NCBI GenBank assembly: GCA_029717555.1
Contig: JAMDHS010000117.1
Span: 1 to 54,832 of the forward strand
Reading direction: 5' to 3'
Length of the DNA stretch: 54,832 bases
Origin: Peribolospora baueri
Taxonomy: Eukaryota
Shown in pieces: positions 11,901 to 22,693 of the stretch. Made by a program: the position numbers and the translations under genes. The notes beneath the pieces were generated by a model that did no database searches, was not told the origin of the DNA, and was given only the letters and a program-made list of their open reading frames with translations. Within the stretch, counting starts at the first letter, position 1; each line of letters begins with the position of its first letter.

Positions 11901-13421
11901 GCCCGCGCCGATAGTCTTTTCAGCGTTCGCCGTTGGACCGGTGCAGGGACAAGTTCGCTGGCTGGCTCTTCCGTCACCGTCGCAACGAGTGCCACGAGCG
12001 CCACAAGCGCTATCAGTGCCGGCCAGCCTTGCAGCGGAGGACCGGCGGCGGCGGTCCAAGCCAAATCCGCCCCGGCCCTTCGCAGTGACGGCGGTTTCGC
12101 CTCTCACAATCGCAGCCCGGCCCCGGCCGCTACCTCTCCCCGTCCTTCTCGCCGTCATAGCGCCGACGGGGAGGAGGACGAGGGGGAGGACGCGGCGCGC
12201 AGGTCGGTCATGGACGACAGCGAGCGCGCGCACACGATCACGATCGCGGACAACAAGCGGCAGCAGCAGCAGCAGCAACAGCAGCACCAGAAGCACCAGC
12301 AGCACCAGCAACAATTACCACCACCACCACCTCAACAAGAACAACAACATCGTCAAAAAGGCTTGTTTAGTCTTCTGCCTCGCGCCGTCACCCGGACAAC
12401 CGGCTCCCGGTCCTCTTCCTCCGGCTCCCACTGGCACGCGCTTGGCCTTTTCCCCACGTCCCACTCATCCGCCTCCCCGTCTCCTGCCGCGTCGCCTTGC
12501 CTCTCCACCACTTCCACAGCCACCGTCCAATGTCCGCCACCGTCCGCCTCCTCCTCTTCCACTGCCAGTCCTCCCGCCCTTCACTTCACCCCCGCGGCCG
12601 CCGATGGCGTCTGGACGATGGACTTTGTCCCGGAACCGCCCGGCTCGCTCCCCGCTTCCTCGTCCTCCGCTTCGTCCTCATCCTCCTCCACGACCCCCGC
12701 CCCCGCCCCCGCCATTTTGCCTCCGTCGCCGTTATGGCACCCCGGAGACGCGGTCTCACCATCGCCGTCATCGTCGCTGTCGCCTTTCCACTCCCCTGCC
12801 CCGTCTTCCCCCGGCTCGTCCGTCTCCACCACTGCTTCCACCCCGTCTTCGGCCCCCGCCCGCGGTCTTTCTGCGTCGTTGTTGAGTCTCCAGCGTCTTC
12901 GGCCGAAGAGATCGTGGAGGCGGAGTGGCGCTCCCGCCCCCGCCCCCGCCCCCACTTCCGCTCCCGCCCCCACCGCCATGCTCGGCGACGATTCGGTCGT
13001 CTCTCTCGGTCGCGGTCCTCCCCAACCTCCTCCTCCCCGCCCGCATGTCTCCTCCGCCTCCGCCTCCGCCTCTTCTTCGCCTTGTGATCCCGGGTCGTCC
13101 GGCAGCTCGGGCCAGATCAGAGCAAGCGCGGTCTCCTCGTGCGCCTCGTCCTCCACCGTGCGCTCCTCCGCTTCTCCCCCGTCTTCCCTTCGAGGCCTCA
13201 GTCTGAGCCCGTTGTCGATCTCCGCTGTCGGCTCGCCAACACCAACGCCTTCGCCGATACACAGGAGAGCAAGCGCGCTGGCGAGCGCCTTGCCCACGTC
13301 CTTTTCCTGGACACGACGGAGGACGAGCGCGCCTTGCGCCACCACGGTTTCTGCCTCGGCCTCAGGCGACGGAGGCGGCGCCAACACGCCCTCCGGGGTG
13401 GTGTCGACGGGGGGGACATGA
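8957..13421 (+). CDS. Class I (HD-type, Pde2-like) cyclic nucleotide phosphodiesterase with a long low-complexity C-terminus; intron 10067-10157
   Basis: Motifs YHNFVHAVDVLQ, AIGHDAAHPGLSNAF, LEHLH, ILATDMALH, KCADISNP|TR (spliced), EWDRQ and GQIFF. Start codon uncertain (8957 or 9248). Confidence 0.88.
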
Positions 13422-13499
13422 CGACGAGACGCCGGGTGGAGCGTCGCTAGATGGTGACGATGATACCCTTTCTGTTGTACGTTTGTATTCCCCGCCCGT

Positions 13500-13900
13500 T
13501 CGCTCGCTCGCCTATCTATCTATCTATTTATCTATCCATCTAGGATGGTTAGCCAGTCGCGGTTTTCTTTCCGCGTCCCTTCATTTGATCGGTTCATTCC
13601 GTTCATTCATTCATTGCTTTGGTTACCTCTGTCCTTTCTCCGTCATTGTGCCTTGAGATGTGCGTGTATATACATACAACATATAGATAAAGGCCACCCA
13701 CCACCGTCGTGCATGCCCCCTCGCTCCTTCCTTCCTTCCTTCGTCCTTCCTTTGTCCCGGCGTCTCTCCTTTCCGGTCTCCTCTCCTCTCCTCTCCTCTC
13801 CTCTCCTCTCCTCTTCTCTTCTCTTCAGGCCCGTCTAGCCTCTCCTGTCTTATCGCTCGCTCGCTCGCTCCTCGCCTCGCCTCGCCTTGCTCGTTCGCGC
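13500..13900. repeat. Microsatellite-rich intergenic tract: (CTAT)n near 13513-13540, (CTCTC)n near 13778-13825, (CTCG)n/(CTCGC)n near 13855-13890
   Basis: Read directly; boundaries approximate. Confidence 0.85.
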
Positions 13901-14863
13901 CTCTTGCCCACCATCTGACGGCTCGGCCAATCTAGTACTCGTTTCGTTGCTCCTGATCGTCGTGTCGTGACCCTGCCTGCCTGCTTTATTACTCGGTCCT
14001 TTGTTCGTTGCCCGCGTGCATCACTCCATTTCGTGCCCCGCTGCTCATCGCCCATGTCATGTCATGTGTGCCAAGAGCGTCCCGTACGGCGCACGTGGGT
14101 CAGCACCCGTCGTGGGATGGGATTGGATGGGATGGGATGGGGATGGTTGGACGAGCGGAGAACGGTGCTGTCGCACAAATTAATCTCCCCGTCGATCCCG
14201 TTTTTCTTTTTTTCGACGTCGACTGGCCGGCCGACCGGCGACTGGCGATGGGGACGGGCCGACGCGCCGACGAAGGCCGACGAAGGCCGACGAAGGCCGA
14301 TGGCCGATCGACGAGGCGAAGGAGGAAGTGATCGACGAGATAGATTAGATGCTCAAACACATTCATTCAAGCCTGTCAGCCAGCCGTGAGCCGTCCGACG
14401 TGATCATCATCATCGTCGTCGTCGTCCATCGTCGCTCATCTCATCCATCTTTCCGCATGGCATGCGATGACAACTCGTCCGTCGCGTGCATCCTCACCTC
14501 ACTCACCTCATCCCATCTCACCCCATCTCATCTCATCTCATCTCCTCGTCCAGCCGTCCGTCCACGCGGGCCAGTCGACTGCTCACGTCATGTCTTGTCT
14601 CGGCGGCAGAAGCGGGGGGGTGGCGGGTAGATAAGGGCAAGATGGAGGACCGCATTCAGCATTCATCTCTGCAAGGCGGGTCACGGCCTCGACCGCATGG
14701 ATCTCTCTTTCTTGCTCTTTCTTGCAAGCCGCTGCCGCGTGGATCACAGACCGACCGACCGACCGGCCGACGGAATAGACACATACATACATAGACATCG
14801 TCGCGGACGAAACCACCATCTCTCCTTCCTCTCTTTCACTCACATCCCCCTCTACCCACCGCC

Positions 14864-17800
14864 ATGTCTACCACAGGTCCCGAATCGGTGCCCACCATAC
14901 TCCTCTTCGGACCTCAGGGCACCGACTTTTCCCCTACCCTCCACTCCCTCCTCGCCTCCCTCGGCCTGCTAGGAGACGACGCCACCGGCTCAGACGTCTC
15001 GTCCGCCGCTCCTTCCTCGCCTCGCCATACCGCTCGCATCTTCCTCCGCCTCGCCCTCGACGCTCTCCGCAGTGAGGCCGTCGCCTCCGCCGCCTACGAC
15101 AACAACGACAACGCCGCCGCCGTCGCCCGTCGTTGGTCCTCCTGGCACACCGTCCTCAACCACCAGGCCCAGTCCGGCTGGCAAGACGCAGCGGTCAACG
15201 GCGCGCTGCTCTGCGCGACCCAGATCGCCGTCGCCATCGTAGGACTCGGGTCCGGCCAGTCAGAGTCTCCTTCGCCGCCCCCGCCCTTGTACGTCGCCGG
15301 CTATTGCACCGGCCTCTTGCCCGCTCTCGCTCTCGCCCTCTCCGGTGTCGGCGTCCGCGCGTGGCATCACACCCGCTCCGACGTCGCTCACCGCCTCCTC
15401 GCCACATCGGTTCAGGCTGTGCGGCTCTGCTTTTGGATCGGATTTCGAGCCGCCAGGGCTCCGGCCACTGCTCTCCCTCCAACGGACGGCGTGGAGGGGG
15501 AGGGGGAGGACGGTGACGACGGTGACGACGGTGACGTCGACGACAGCGTCGAGCTCGACGGCCGCCGACACACGACTTGGACGATCGCAGTGACCGGCTT
15601 GGACGAAGCGCTGGTGCGCCAGCTGCTGGACCGATGGAACGAGCAGACAGTGAGTGAGCCCGTTCAATTCCGCTCCACCCTCCCTCCTCTTCTCACCTCG
15701 CCGCCTCGCTTTTGCTTTTGCCCGCCCGTCTTCAGGAAACGACGGCCTCCCGAGCCCTCTACATCTGCGCCATCACCTCTTCCTCCGAAATCTCCATTTC
15801 CGGTCCTCCGCCCGCCCTCTACGCCTTTCGCACTTGGATAGAGGAGACGAACAAGCGTACGTCCCAGTTGGCGCACTCGCCTAAACCCCGCGTCCGCGCC
15901 TTGCTTCTCAAAATCTTTGCGCCCTACCACACTCGTCTCTACGGCGCTGATGCCGCCTCCGAGCTCGTGATGAAGGACGCCGAGGCAAGAGGCATCCAGT
16001 TGCCCACCGCCACCACCGCCGCCGCCGCCGCGCCCCTCGCCGACGTCTTCTCGACCGTCGACGGACGGCGTCTGGACTTGGTCAACATGACCTCCCACGA
16101 CCTCCTTCGACACGTCCTTCACGCCGTCCTCCTCGAGCCCTGCGCGTGGGACAAGGTGCAGAGCTCGCTCATCCAGTCCATCTCCGCCTTGAACGACCAG
16201 GCGGAGGAGCCCTCCGCCCAGGTTCACGTCCGCGTCCTCGCCGCCGGCTCCTCTCGCGGCCTCGCCGCCCAGCTCGCCGATGCGCTCAGCAAGACGAAGA
16301 CCGGCCTGGGCGAGCTGCACGTTGACGTCGTCGACCTCGCACAGAAGCTTTCTTCTTCTTCCTCCTCTTCCGTCCCGCCCTCGCTTCCGTCCGCCGCCGG
16401 TTCGTGGGACGGCGCGACGGAGGAAGAACCTGGGCCAGACGACATCGCCATCGTTTCCGTCGCTTGTCGTTTTCCCGGCGAAGTCCAATCTCCAGACGCT
16501 CTCAAGGAGACGGTTGATAGCGGCAAGAACACGGCGGTCGAGGTGGGTCTCAAAGGCGCATTGCATCGCATCGCATCCGTCGGCACCGCTCGAATCGTTT
16601 TCTAACCATGCCCCGCCCGCCCGCCGTGTCCTCTCTCTTGCAGTTCCCAAGCTTCCGCTTCGACATGCGGAAATACTTCTCCGATGTCGACGACTCCGTA
16701 CCCCTCCCCCGTCTACACGCCGTCTCGGACATTGACCTCTTCGACCCACGCCTCTTTGGCCTTTCTCCCCGCGAGACTGAACAGATGGACCCGCAGCAGA
16801 GACTCTCCCTTCTTGTCACCCAGGAGGCCCTTGAACGAGCGGGTTACTCGCCGCCGTTCGAACCGGCGGCAGCCCGGTCGGAGTGGAACAAGAAGAGGAT
16901 AGGTTGTTGGTGGGCGGTGGCCAGCGATGAGTACGTTCCCCGCTTGCCCGAATCGTTTCATACCATCCACTGACACCGCCTGTGGCGCCCATATCCTTCC
17001 CCTCCATAGTTATCGCCATGTAAGTCTTCGTCTTCGTACCATCGCTGGCCTCCACAGTGTGAACCCCCGTCTGACCTCATCCGTCGTTCGTTCGCCGACA
17101 GAACGCATCCCACGAGATCGGCCCGTACTTTGTCACCGGCAACATCCGCGCCTTTGTCCCCGGTCATGTCAGCTACCTGTTCGGCTGGGAGGGACCCTCT
17201 ATTTCGGTCGACGCAGGCGACTGCTCCTCCCACGTCGCCATCCACCAGGCCACCGCCGCACTCGCTTCCGGACAGTGCGACGTCGCCCTCGCTGGCGCCG
17301 TCCACGTCGTCACCCAGCCGAGCACCTTTCTCGCCATGCGCGCCGCCAACCCCGCCGCCTTTACGTCCGAGCACGACCAGAGGGGCGAGGGCTGTGGCGT
17401 CCTCGTACTCAAGCGACACTGCGACGCGCTCGCCCACGGTGACAATGTTTTGGCCGTCATCAAAGCCGTAAACGTCGGCTTTGACCCGCGTTCCCGCGAC
17501 GCCGACGACGACGGCCCTCTGGGATTCCACATGGCGAGTGCCGAGGCGCAAGCCGATTCTCTTCGCACCCTCTTCCGTCGTGCCAAGGCGGATCCGGCCC
17601 GCACCGTTTCGGTGTGGCCGACGACGGCCTGCGCGAACTCCTCCTCCTTGCCCGAGTTCGACACGGACTCGCGCGCGGACATGCATCCTTCCGAGCGACA
17701 GGCCCTCCAGGACGCCTTCCGGTCCCGCGCCGCCGACGCCCACGGTGGCGACGCCCCGCGCGTGTCGTCTGTCAACGCCGTTGTCGGAGCGGCTGAGGCT

Positions 17801-20800
17801 GTGAGTAGTACGCTGCTGAGCCAGCCAGCCAGCCAGGTGACCGTCCGAGGCGGCCCGTCTGAATCTCTCGTATCGTCCTCTTCTCTCCTTTCTCGTATCC
17901 TGCTCGCTTCTCAGGCCTTTGGCATGGCTCAGGTCATCAGCGCGGTAATGGACCTTCAACCTCGACGCTCGCGACCCGAGTCGGAGTCGCGAGATGATGG
18001 ACGTTCTTACGCCGTCGTCAACGGCCTTTCGCGGACGGTGAGTTGCTCCCCACTCCCCCTCCCTTGGCGTAACCCGTCTGACCCTTCATTGTCATCGCTC
18101 ATTGGGGCAGGGAACGTACGCCGGCATATTGCTCCAGTCTCCGAGATCGTCGCTCGCCGATGGACAGCAAGCTTTGGCGGTCGTCGGAGAGAGGGCGAAA
18201 CACCTCATCCTCTTGTCCGCAAAGTCCGTCGAGGCCCTGGAGCAGAGGCGCACCAGGCTCGTCGCGTGGCTCGACGAGAGACGGCGCGACGCCGAGCCTA
18301 ATCTTCTGTCCCTCTTGGAGGTGGCCACCTCCGCTTGCGGCGTCCAGCATCGGCCGTTCCGACTGGCCGTCTCTGCGACCTCGCCTGACGACCTCGTTGA
18401 TCACCTCCGCTCGGCCGAGGCGTTCGAGATACCCGCCGAAGAGCCCGACGTCGGATTCTCGCTTGCCGCCAGCGATACGCCTGCCCGCGGCCAGTCCACC
18501 GAGTCTTTCAACCCGCTAGCGGACAGCTTCTGGGCCTCTTTCTACGCCGATCTTCGTGCCGCCCTCTCCGTCGCTCGAGCCCACGTCCCCTTCTTCTCCG
18601 AGAGCCCGACCATATCCCGCTTCTGTCGCCAGTACGCACTCGCCCGTCAGTACGCGCGGCTGGGTCTGCAGCCGACGTGCCTATCGGCAGACGACGCGAT
18701 CGGTTTGTGCGTCTGCTTGCACCTCGCCGGTTCTCTCGGCCTCGCGGAGCTCATGTGCCTGATATACGTCATGAAGGCCGGATCGGCACAAAACCTTCCG
18801 GATGAGCCGGTCACTGTGGCCCAGTTCTTGAATCGCCTTTCTCCCGCCCCGTCGTCCGTGCGCATCATGAGCCGCAGGTCGCGCTTGCTCGTCGACCGTG
18901 ACCAGCGTCTGGACCTGTCCAAGCTCTTCGGGCGACACTCCGATGCAGGAGAGGATCGAGAGCCGACTGGGGTGGAGTGGATTCCCATTCCCGATCCGCA
19001 GACGTCCTCTGGAGGAGGAGAAAAGGTCGCGGCTTCCGACCACGATCTCGTCCTCGATCAGCTTGCATCCCTTTACCGGGTCGGTATCGACATCGATTGG
19101 CTTCGTTGGCACGGTGAGGCAGCCGTCAGGCTGACCAAGCCGATCGTCGCTCGCCTCCCCACCTACCCCTTCCAGCTGTCGAGCTTTTGGATGGCCTATC
19201 GGGACCGCACCAAAACCTCGGCCACCACCGTCGTCGCTGAGCAGTCTTCGGAACCCGACGGCGCAGACGAAGCGGCGGGAACGTCCAAGGTGCCCACCCT
19301 CACCCTCGCCCGGCATCGCACCGCCTGTCCGCTGGTGCCAACCTGTCTCAGTCTCGTCAGAGATCCGCAGGGGCTCTGCGAGGTCCGTTTCGAGCCCGCC
19401 GCGGAGACCGCTCTTTCGGTCAAGGACTTCATATCCGCTTGCTGCCCTGTAGACGATCCAGCGGGGCGAGTCCCGCTGGCTTTCGTGATCGAAGCCATAG
19501 TCGAAGCGATGGTGCACGCTCAGAGGCAGCTTCAAGATTCGCACACGCCGATCGATATGACCGGGCTTCTCGTCCTCGATTGCAAAGGTCTCGATGGCGA
19601 CGGCGAATTGCGAGACCTTTGCCTGTCCGACTGTTGGGACCCTGCAGGCTCACCACCGATGATTAAAGCCGCTTTCGGAAACGGCATCCGCTCCTCTCTG
19701 TCCTTCCTTCCTATACATCCTCACCCGTCCGTGTGGTGGCGCGGTTCTTTGAACGATGCAGGGAAAAGCCAGATGGGCAAGCGGGTCGCTTATCGCGTCT
19801 TGGACGCCTTGGGCTTCTCTTATCCACCAGCGAAGCAGGCGTGAGTGCGAGTGACCCTCTTTTGCCGAGGGACGACGTTCTTCATTCGCTGACCCTTGAT
19901 CACATATCTTCCTGCCAGAATTTCGAACATCTCCGTGACGGACGGAGGCCGCATGCTCGAGGCGAGAGTGGACGTTGCCCTGGGAGCGCCGACCGGGTTC
20001 ACTGTCAGAGGTGTCTCCGTTCTCGATACCATGATCTGTGAGTGCTACCGGTAGCATTGTGGAAAGCAGCGCCCGATTTGTGAAAGTGTATTCATTTCTT
20101 TGCCGTTTCCGTCCTCGTTCTTTTCGTTCAGCCATCGCCTACTGTTCTTGCGCCGCCAAACTGCGTGGCACCACCAAGGTCACCACGATCAGTCAAGTGG
20201 GCAAGATCGCCATCGCACTTGACCGACTTGACGCGGCGAGCGCTAACGGTGGTCTCAGGGTATTTTGCCGCCTCTCGGCCGGCACCGAGTCTGCGTTGAC
20301 GCGTGCGGACCTTGTCCTCATCGATGAAGAGATGCTGGACTACCCCCTCGTCCACCTACAAGATGTCGAGATCGTCGCAGTGGACAAGAAGCCATCGCGT
20401 GCTCGGGCCCCGCCAGCAACTGAGCGACCCTCTAAGCGCGCCGTCCCGGCAAAGGAAGATCGCCCGAAGCCCGCCATGAACGCGGCTGATAGGAAGAATG
20501 AGCAACGGCTTGCCGAGCTTCACGACGTCATCATGGACGAGATGGGCGTGGAGAAAGACAAAGTGGGCCCGGATGCCAACCTGTTGGATCTTGGTTTGGA
20601 TTCTCTGATGTCTCTCTCGATTCTCAGCAGAGCTCGCGAGCAGTTTGACAATGTCGACTTCCCGAGTGACCTCTTCCAAGAGTGTCCCACCCTTCGGAAG
20701 ATTGACGCTTGGGTGCGACAAGCGACTGGGACGGCTTCAACTACAGCCCAAGATGAGCTCGTCGCCCCTGCAGATACCGTGTCGCAGACTGCTTCAGAAA

Positions 20801-22014
20801 CGCTGGTCGCACCTAGCACTGGATCGCCTCAGGCTTCTTCCGCCTTCCGGTCGCTTCTTTCGATTCTTAGCGAAGAGCTCGGCGTACCTGAGGATGAGCT
20901 CAAACACCAGGTCGACCTTGCGGACCTGGGTGTCGACTCTCTCATGAGCATCGTCGTTCTCGGCACGCTCCGAGAAGCGCACTCGATTGATTTGCCGTCC
21001 GATCTGTTCATCAACTATCCGCGGCTAGTCGATGTCGAGGGCTACCTGAACGGAATGTTTGAGGAACAGCCCACGGTTGCCCCGAGTCAACCCACGGCGC
21101 CTGCGCCCCTACAGTCCCTCAACGGCCATGGCACGCAAGTCGAATCGTCGATGGAGCCGTCGACTCCGCTTATGCTCCAGAAAGGTCCGCCTGATTCCAC
21201 TACGTCTCTCTTCATCTTCCCTGATGGCAGCGGATCACCAGCGGTCTACGCCGGATTGCCGCCCTTGGGCATGGCTGTCTGGGGATTGAGCAACCCCTTC
21301 GTCAACGACCCTGCGGCTTGGAAAGGGGGTGTCGAAGAGCTCGCATCGCTCTACTGGCGGAGCATCCAGATGGTCAAACCGAAGGGACGAGTCCTTTTCG
21401 GAGGTGAGCGGCCGGCCATCTTTGCTGCATTTCCATTCCTCATGCCGATCTGACGTTTCCATCATCCTTACTCCTCTGGATGGATAGGCTGGTCGTTCGG
21501 CGGCGTCGTCGCATACGAGACGTGCAGGCAGCTCTGCGCTTCGGGCGGGGGCGAATTTGTCGTCGATACCCTCATCTTGTTCGACTCGCCTAGTCCGGCG
21601 CGCTATCCGCCCTTGCCGCCGTCCTGCACCGACTGGATCTTCAAGTCTGGCTCTTTCCGAGGCATGGCCTCGCGGAGACTGACGCCTCAGATGGAGGCGC
21701 TGTTCGGAAGCACGCTCGACAACCTGGAGCGCTACGAGTGCAAGGCCCCGCGGCTATCGGTCCAGCGCGTCGTTCTGATCACTGCCGCGGATGGTGTTGG
21801 TGGGTCACTGAGCGATGTAGAGGGCGCCAATTCGACTGTCGAGTGGATGATGCGGTCTCGAAAAGGGCTCGGGCTGGATGGTTGGGAGCCGCTCTTGTCT
21901 TCGGTTCCAGAGACCGCACTGTCTGTCCACGAAGTCGACGGGGCAAACCATTTCTCCATGTGGAAAGAGCCACATGTTCGGCGCATTGGCGATATACTCT
22001 CTGAGACTCTGTAG
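14864..22014 (+). CDS. PKS-B: non-reducing PKS-like protein, SAT-KS0-AT0-PT0-ACP-ACP-TE (about 10 exons)
   Basis: SAT GYCTG (15299-15313) and APYH. KS-like IAIVSVACRFPG and MDPQQRL, but DAGDCSS replaces DTACSSS, no HGTGT, and VGAAEA replaces xGHxE. The AT region lacks GHSxG. ACP motifs GLDSL (20593-20607) and GVDSL (20929-20943). TE motifs FPDGSGS, G|GWSFGG (spliced), DSP and NHFSM. The frame stays open across canonical introns (15650-15735, 16543-16643, 16931-17009, 17020-17101, ~17801-17914, ~18038-18110, 19841-19918, 20038-20131, 21404-21487). Confidence 0.9.
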
Positions 22015-22232
22015 CTCGACCTTCGATTTCACTCTGTGGCTCGACCTTTCTTTTGACTCTGTAGCTCGACCTTTGATTTGGCTCTGTGGCTCGATCTTTC
22101 ATTTCACTCTGTGGCTCGACCTTTGATTTGGCTCTGTGTCTCGACCTTTCTTTAGACTCTGTAGCTCGACCTTTGATTTTTGGCTCTGTGGTTCGACCTC
22201 TCATTGGACTCTATAGCTCGATCTCTCTCATT
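22006..22232. repeat. Minisatellite, about 9 copies of a 25-bp unit (consensus RCTCTGTRGCTCGACCTTT(G/C)(A/T)TTT(G/C))
   Basis: Units start at 22006, 22031, 22056, 22081, 22106, 22131, 22156, 22183 and 22208; the first contains the PKS-B stop codon. Confidence 0.93.
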
Positions 22233-22455
22233 GTGAACTCGGTAACTCAATCTTGCATCTATCTGCACAGTGTGCACATTGTGACGGTCAACAGAATTGG
22301 ACTTTGGGTTCAAGACCGTCGGTGTCCAAAGACCTTCGTTCGTCGTTGGCCTTACAGGAACTTTTGAACTGCAGTCTCCTCGAGTTCTCCTTTTCCACCG
22401 TCCTGGTTCCAAGCTAATTCATGTTGATGTCCACCTATGACTTCTTCCCATCGTC

Positions 22456-22638
22456 CTCAGTGGACACTTCACTGCCGTTCGAGCCCAGAGAGTGAAGATT
22501 AAATTCGTGATAGTTTCGAAAGGAAGTACACATCATTGTCGTCATCTCGTGATCATGAAAGGTAGTAGCACGTCAACGTTCATGTCTTCTTCTTGTTCTC
22601 AGTGACCACCTCACTGCCGTTCGAGCCCAGACAGTGAA
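22456..22638. repeat. 41-bp imperfect direct repeat (22456-22496 and 22598-22638)
   Basis: CTCAGTGgaCACtTCACTGCCGTTCGAGCCCAGAgAGTGAA versus CTCAGTGacCACcTCACTGCCGTTCGAGCCCAGAcAGTGAA. Confidence 0.88.
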
Positions 22639-22693
22639 TGAAAATAAACCGGCGATCATCATAAAAAAGAGAAAGGGAACCCACGACCCCCGA

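Noticed and set aside
8957..14864. PDE as a member of the PKS cluster
   Set aside because: Only adjacency supports it; I found no shared upstream motif.
14864..22014. PKS-B as a pseudogene or several small genes
   Set aside because: Every frame break in the ORF track is explained by canonical GT..AG introns, and the SAT, both ACP serines and the TE triad are intact.
22006..22232. CRISPR-like appearance of the 25-bp repeats
   Set aside because: Units are contiguous with no unique spacers, there are no cas genes and the context is eukaryotic; it is a minisatellite.
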